Source of the DNA: Candidatus Woesearchaeota archaeon
GTDB lineage: Archaea; Nanobdellota; Nanobdellia; SCGC-AAA011-G17; PNOQ01
Length of the DNA stretch: 64,000 nucleotides
Assembly: GCA_964344555.1 (NCBI GenBank)
Contig: CAYFNK010000001.1
Location: forward strand, 24,684 to 88,683
Direction: 5' to 3'
Position numbers and translations under genes: made by a program. How positions within the stretch are numbered: the stretch's first letter is position 1; every line of letters begins with the position of its first letter. Below the pieces are notes generated by a model. That model was not told the DNA's origin. It was given only the letters and a program-made list of their open reading frames with translations, and searched no databases. Below are positions 61,055 to 64,000 of the stretch, one piece after another.

Positions 61055-61360
61055 TCAAGAATTCTTAAATTTCTCATCAAATTTTTCTTTGCACTTAGCT
61101 TCTTTCCAATAGACTGAATGAGAGGCATTTTTTCTAAATAAAGCCACTGCAACTTTAACAATATCACTTTGATAATCTTTTAACTCTTTTTCAGAAATAA
61201 TCTTTTTAGCATCATCAAAACACTGTTTCATTAATTTAATATTTTCTTTATGTGACAGCCTATCGATCTCTTTTTCTTCTTCATCACTTAATAAAATTTC
61301 TTCCCAAATTGGATAAGAACTCTTCTCGGTTGTTCTGGGAAAACTTTTACTAAAGGACAT
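61055..61360 (-). CDS. hypothetical helical protein (101 aa)
   Basis: Separated by 2 nt from the upstream wHTH gene. No motif recognised. Confidence 0.4.
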   Translation of the reverse strand: MSFSKSFPRTTEKSSYPIWEEILLSDEEEKEIDRLSHKENIKLMKQCFDDAKKIISEKELKDYQSDIVKVAVALFRKNASHSVYWKEAKCKEKFDEKFKNS

Positions 61361-61362
61361 AA

Positions 61363-61644
61363 CTATAAAATATCTCTAATTCTTTCAATATGGTCCGCAA
61401 CAGATTCTCCGCTTTCAGTCAGACTTATGGTTTTAATTCTTCCCATTTTCTCGAAGGTAACTAATTTATTTTTTTCCATTTCTTGAAGAATTTTCACAGC
61501 ATGAGAATAAGTACAATCTACTTCTTTAGCAAGTAATGAACCATATCTTGCCTTAGGATTATTTCTCAACGCAACCAAAATCATAGCAGGTTTACGTCTA
61601 AAAAACACCTCAAAAATGTCAGCTTCTTTCCCCATATTTCTCAT
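61363..61644 (-). CDS. ArsR/MarR-like winged-helix regulator (93 aa)
   Basis: RKPAMILVALRNNPKARYGSLLAKEVDCTYSHAVKILQEMEKNKLVTFEKMGRIKTISLTESG. Confidence 0.6.
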   Translation of the reverse strand: MRNMGKEADIFEVFFRRKPAMILVALRNNPKARYGSLLAKEVDCTYSHAVKILQEMEKNKLVTFEKMGRIKTISLTESGESVADHIERIRDIL

Positions 61645-61773
61645 TCATGATAACTCCTATCTATATTTAAAGGTTTATATTTTGCAAACCACCTATTAGC
61701 GTATGCTCTTTTTTTGAATAGAAAAAAGGATATAACAAAAAGTTTATATAACTAATTCTTTTAGAGATTTTCT

Positions 61774-63057
61774 ATGTTAAGCATAAAGGTGATAAGAGAA
61801 AAAACTTCTATAGTTAAAAAATCTTTAGAGAAAAGAGGGATTTCTGATAAGACAGATACCGTCGACAATGTGCTTTCTTTGGACAAAAGATGGAGAACTC
61901 TTAAACAAAGATCAGATAAATTAAGGAATAAAAGAAACGAACTAACTGAACAAATAAGAAAGTTCAAAAAGGAAGGAAAAAAAACTGACCTAATAATAAA
62001 ACAAGCAAAAGAAGTTCCCAAAAAATTAGAAATTATAGAAAAAGAGATGGTTACATTAAAAGATGAAATGAATTCTAATATTTCTCAAATTCCCAATGTC
62101 TTACATAGTTCAGTACCAAAAGGAAAAGATGAAACTGACAATATTCCTTTCAAATTTTTTGGTAAAAAACCAAAATATGATTTTGAATTAATGACCCATG
62201 GAGAATTTCTTGAAGAAATAAATTTAGCAGATTTTGAAAAAGGTAGAATGAATTCTGGACAAGGATTTAATTACTTATTGGGAGAGATGGCGCAGTTAGA
62301 TCTTGCAATACAAAGATATGGGGTAGACTTTTTGACAAAAAAAGGATTCAAATTAGTTTTACCGCCCCTAATGTTAAATCAAAACACTCTTACTAGAACT
62401 CTAAATATGGGAGAATTTGAAGATGTAATATATAAATTAGAAAATGAAGATCTTTACCTTATAGGCACAGGAGAACACCCGCTTGTATCTTTATATAAAA
62501 ATAAATTATTTCAAAAAGAAGAATTACCAATAAAATTGTGCACAATAACTCCATGTTTTAGAAAGGAGATCGGTTCGCACGGAGTAGATACAAAAGGTTT
62601 ATTTAGGATGCACCAATTTTACAAAGTAGAACAAGTTATTTTATCCACTCAAGAAGATTCGTACAATTATTTGGAAAAAATGCAAAAAATTAGTGAAGAT
62701 TTTTATAAAAAGTTAAAGATACCTTTTAGAGTTGTTGAGATATGTTCTGGGGACTTAGGATATAAACAGGCCAAACAATACGACATAGAAGCGTGGTTTC
62801 CAAGACAAGAAGCATACAAAGAAATAACTTCTGCAAGCAATACTACTTCCTACCAGTCCGTCCCATTAAACATAAAATATATAGATGGAGAAACTAAAAA
62901 ATCAGTACATATGCTAAATAATACAATGGTTGCAACATCAAGAACATTAGTGGCAATTACGGAAAATTTTCAGAAAAAAAATGGAACAATACTTATACCA
63001 AGGCCACTAAGAAAATACATGAGATACAAAAGAAAAATAGGAGGATATGCCAAATGA
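61774..63057 (+). CDS. serS: seryl-tRNA synthetase
   Basis: N-terminal coiled-coil arm. Motif 2 FRKEIGSHGVDTKGLFRMHQFYKVEQ and motif 3 NNTMVATSRTLVAITEN. Confidence 0.9.
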   Translation: MLSIKVIREKTSIVKKSLEKRGISDKTDTVDNVLSLDKRWRTLKQRSDKLRNKRNELTEQIRKFKKEGKKTDLIIKQAKEVPKKLEIIEKEMVTLKDEMNSNISQIPNVLHSSVPKGKDETDNIPFKFFGKKPKYDFELMTHGEFLEEINLADFEKGRMNSGQGFNYLLGEMAQLDLAIQRYGVDFLTKKGFKLVLPPLMLNQNTLTRTLNMGEFEDVIYKLENEDLYLIGTGEHPLVSLYKNKLFQKEELPIKLCTITPCFRKEIGSHGVDTKGLFRMHQFYKVEQVILSTQEDSYNYLEKMQKISEDFYKKLKIPFRVVEICSGDLGYKQAKQYDIEAWFPRQEAYKEITSASNTTSYQSVPLNIKYIDGETKKSVHMLNNTMVATSRTLVAITENFQKKNGTILIPRPLRKYMRYKRKIGGYAK

Positions 63058-63305
63058 GTAGAGATAATGAAGATTTTGATGTTTACGATAAAACTGATGA
63101 ACTTGAAGAAGCAGACGAGATAGATGAGGTTGAAGCAGGATTTATGAAAGGCTATGAAGATAATATAGATGAGAATTCATGTTCAAGTTGCAAGAAAATT
63201 CTTGAAGGAACAGATTTCATAGAAGAAGAAATTGATGGAAAAACTTACAGATTTTGCTCTAGGTCTTGTGCAGATAAGTTTGAATTAAGCAAAGAACATC
63301 TTTAA
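63054..63305 (+). CDS. acidic protein with a C-terminal TRASH/YHS-type zinc finger (83 aa)
   Basis: CSSCKKILEG...YRFCSRSCADKF. ATGA overlap with serS. Confidence 0.55.
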   Translation: MSRDNEDFDVYDKTDELEEADEIDEVEAGFMKGYEDNIDENSCSSCKKILEGTDFIEEEIDGKTYRFCSRSCADKFELSKEHL

Positions 63306-63354
63306 TTTTTTCTTTCAAAACATTTATTAACGTGATTTCTGACCTACCTTTCCA

Positions 63355-64000
63355 ATGGCAGAATTAATTGTAACAGAAAAACCAGCTCAAGCAGAAAAAA
63401 TAGCAATAGCTCTATCAGACAAAAAACCAATAAAGAAAACAAAGAATTCTGTAACTCACTACGAAATTAAGCATAAAGGAAACAGAATTTTAGTTGGTTG
63501 TGCAGTAGGTCACTTATTTGGATTAGCCAAATCTAATGGAAAAAAAGGATATCCTGTTTTTGACATCGAATGGAAACCAAAATATGAAATAGATAAAAAT
63601 TCTGCGTACACCCAAAAATATGTTAAGAGGTTGAAGGAATTATCGGAAAAAGCAAATAAATTTACAGTAGCTACCGACTATGATGTAGAAGGATCAGTAA
63701 TAGGATATAATGTAATAAAACAAATTTGTAATAAAAAGGATGCCAGGAGAATGAAGTTCTCTACACTAACAAAAGATGAACTTGTAGAATCTTATGATAA
63801 AGCAACAAAACATTTAGATTTTCCACAGATTTATGCGGGAGAAACAAGGCATCATTTAGATTGGTTTTATGGAATAAATCTTAGTAACGCACTTATGACT
63901 TCTATAAAAAATGCAACGAACAGATTTAGGATTATGTCTACGGGAAGAGTACAAGGCCCTACCTTAAAACTCATTGTAAAAAAAGAGGAATCTATTAAGA
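63355..64000 (+). CDS. topA: DNA topoisomerase IA, 5' part (runs off the window)
   Basis: TOPRIM region LIVTEKPAQA and ATDYDVEGS, followed by STGRVQGPTL. Confidence 0.85.
   Translation, partial: MAELIVTEKPAQAEKIAIALSDKKPIKKTKNSVTHYEIKHKGNRILVGCAVGHLFGLAKSNGKKGYPVFDIEWKPKYEIDKNSAYTQKYVKRLKELSEKANKFTVATDYDVEGSVIGYNVIKQICNKKDARRMKFSTLTKDELVESYDKATKHLDFPQIYAGETRHHLDWFYGINLSNALMTSIKNATNRFRIMSTGRVQGPTLKLIVKKEESIK

Noticed and set aside
1-64000. CRISPR arrays, rRNA genes, reverse transcriptase/DGR, transposases, inteins
   Set aside because: No regularly spaced 25-40 bp direct repeats were seen. No GC-rich structured RNA islands occur other than the two tRNAs. No RT (YxDD) or DDE ORF was found. PolD, RadA, Cdc6 and PAN have normal lengths with no intein-sized insertions.

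Overview
Strongly AT-rich archaeal chromosome segment. Gene content is unmistakably archaeal: PolD DP1/DP2, Orc1/Cdc6, Gins51, RPA, RadA, Hjc, Hef, PAN, EndA, aIF2-alpha, Nop10, L44e, S27e. Tight gene packing and many small acidic secreted proteins suggest a small-genome DPANN-type archaeon; that placement is inference, and no database search was possible. All product calls come from motifs read in the translations. Main blocks: (1) 0.1-13.7 kb, housekeeping genes plus an hjc / lamin-tail-domain / surface-protein cluster. (2) 13.7-19.2 kb, a four-gene secreted module headed by a class-III-signal protein, next to a prepilin peptidase. (3) 20.5-35.4 kb, a long minus-strand array: type-IV-pilus-like ATPase, platform protein, eleven pilin-like genes, then RPA, DUF457 and RadA. 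It is flanked by two coiled-coil genes and three tandem membrane paralogs. (4) 37-50.4 kb, Hef, PAN, PolD and Cdc6, ending at a predicted replication origin (50.46-50.83 kb) with inverted ORB-like boxes around an AT-only stretch. (5) 53.6-59.4 kb, an accessory-looking patch of small ORFs: a Zn finger, a membrane JAMM, a convergent pair of paralogous coiled-coil/wHTH genes full of short DNA repeats, a Xer-type recombinase, a lysine-rich protein and a decayed RNase-H-like gene. Two tRNAs were found (Arg-GCG, Lys-CUU). No rRNA, CRISPR array or reverse transcriptase was seen. Several small genes absent from the ORF track were added by hand translation: S27e, Nop10, a Zn-ribbon, a DUF1931-like protein and two mini-pilins. 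Many antisense track ORFs are judged spurious.
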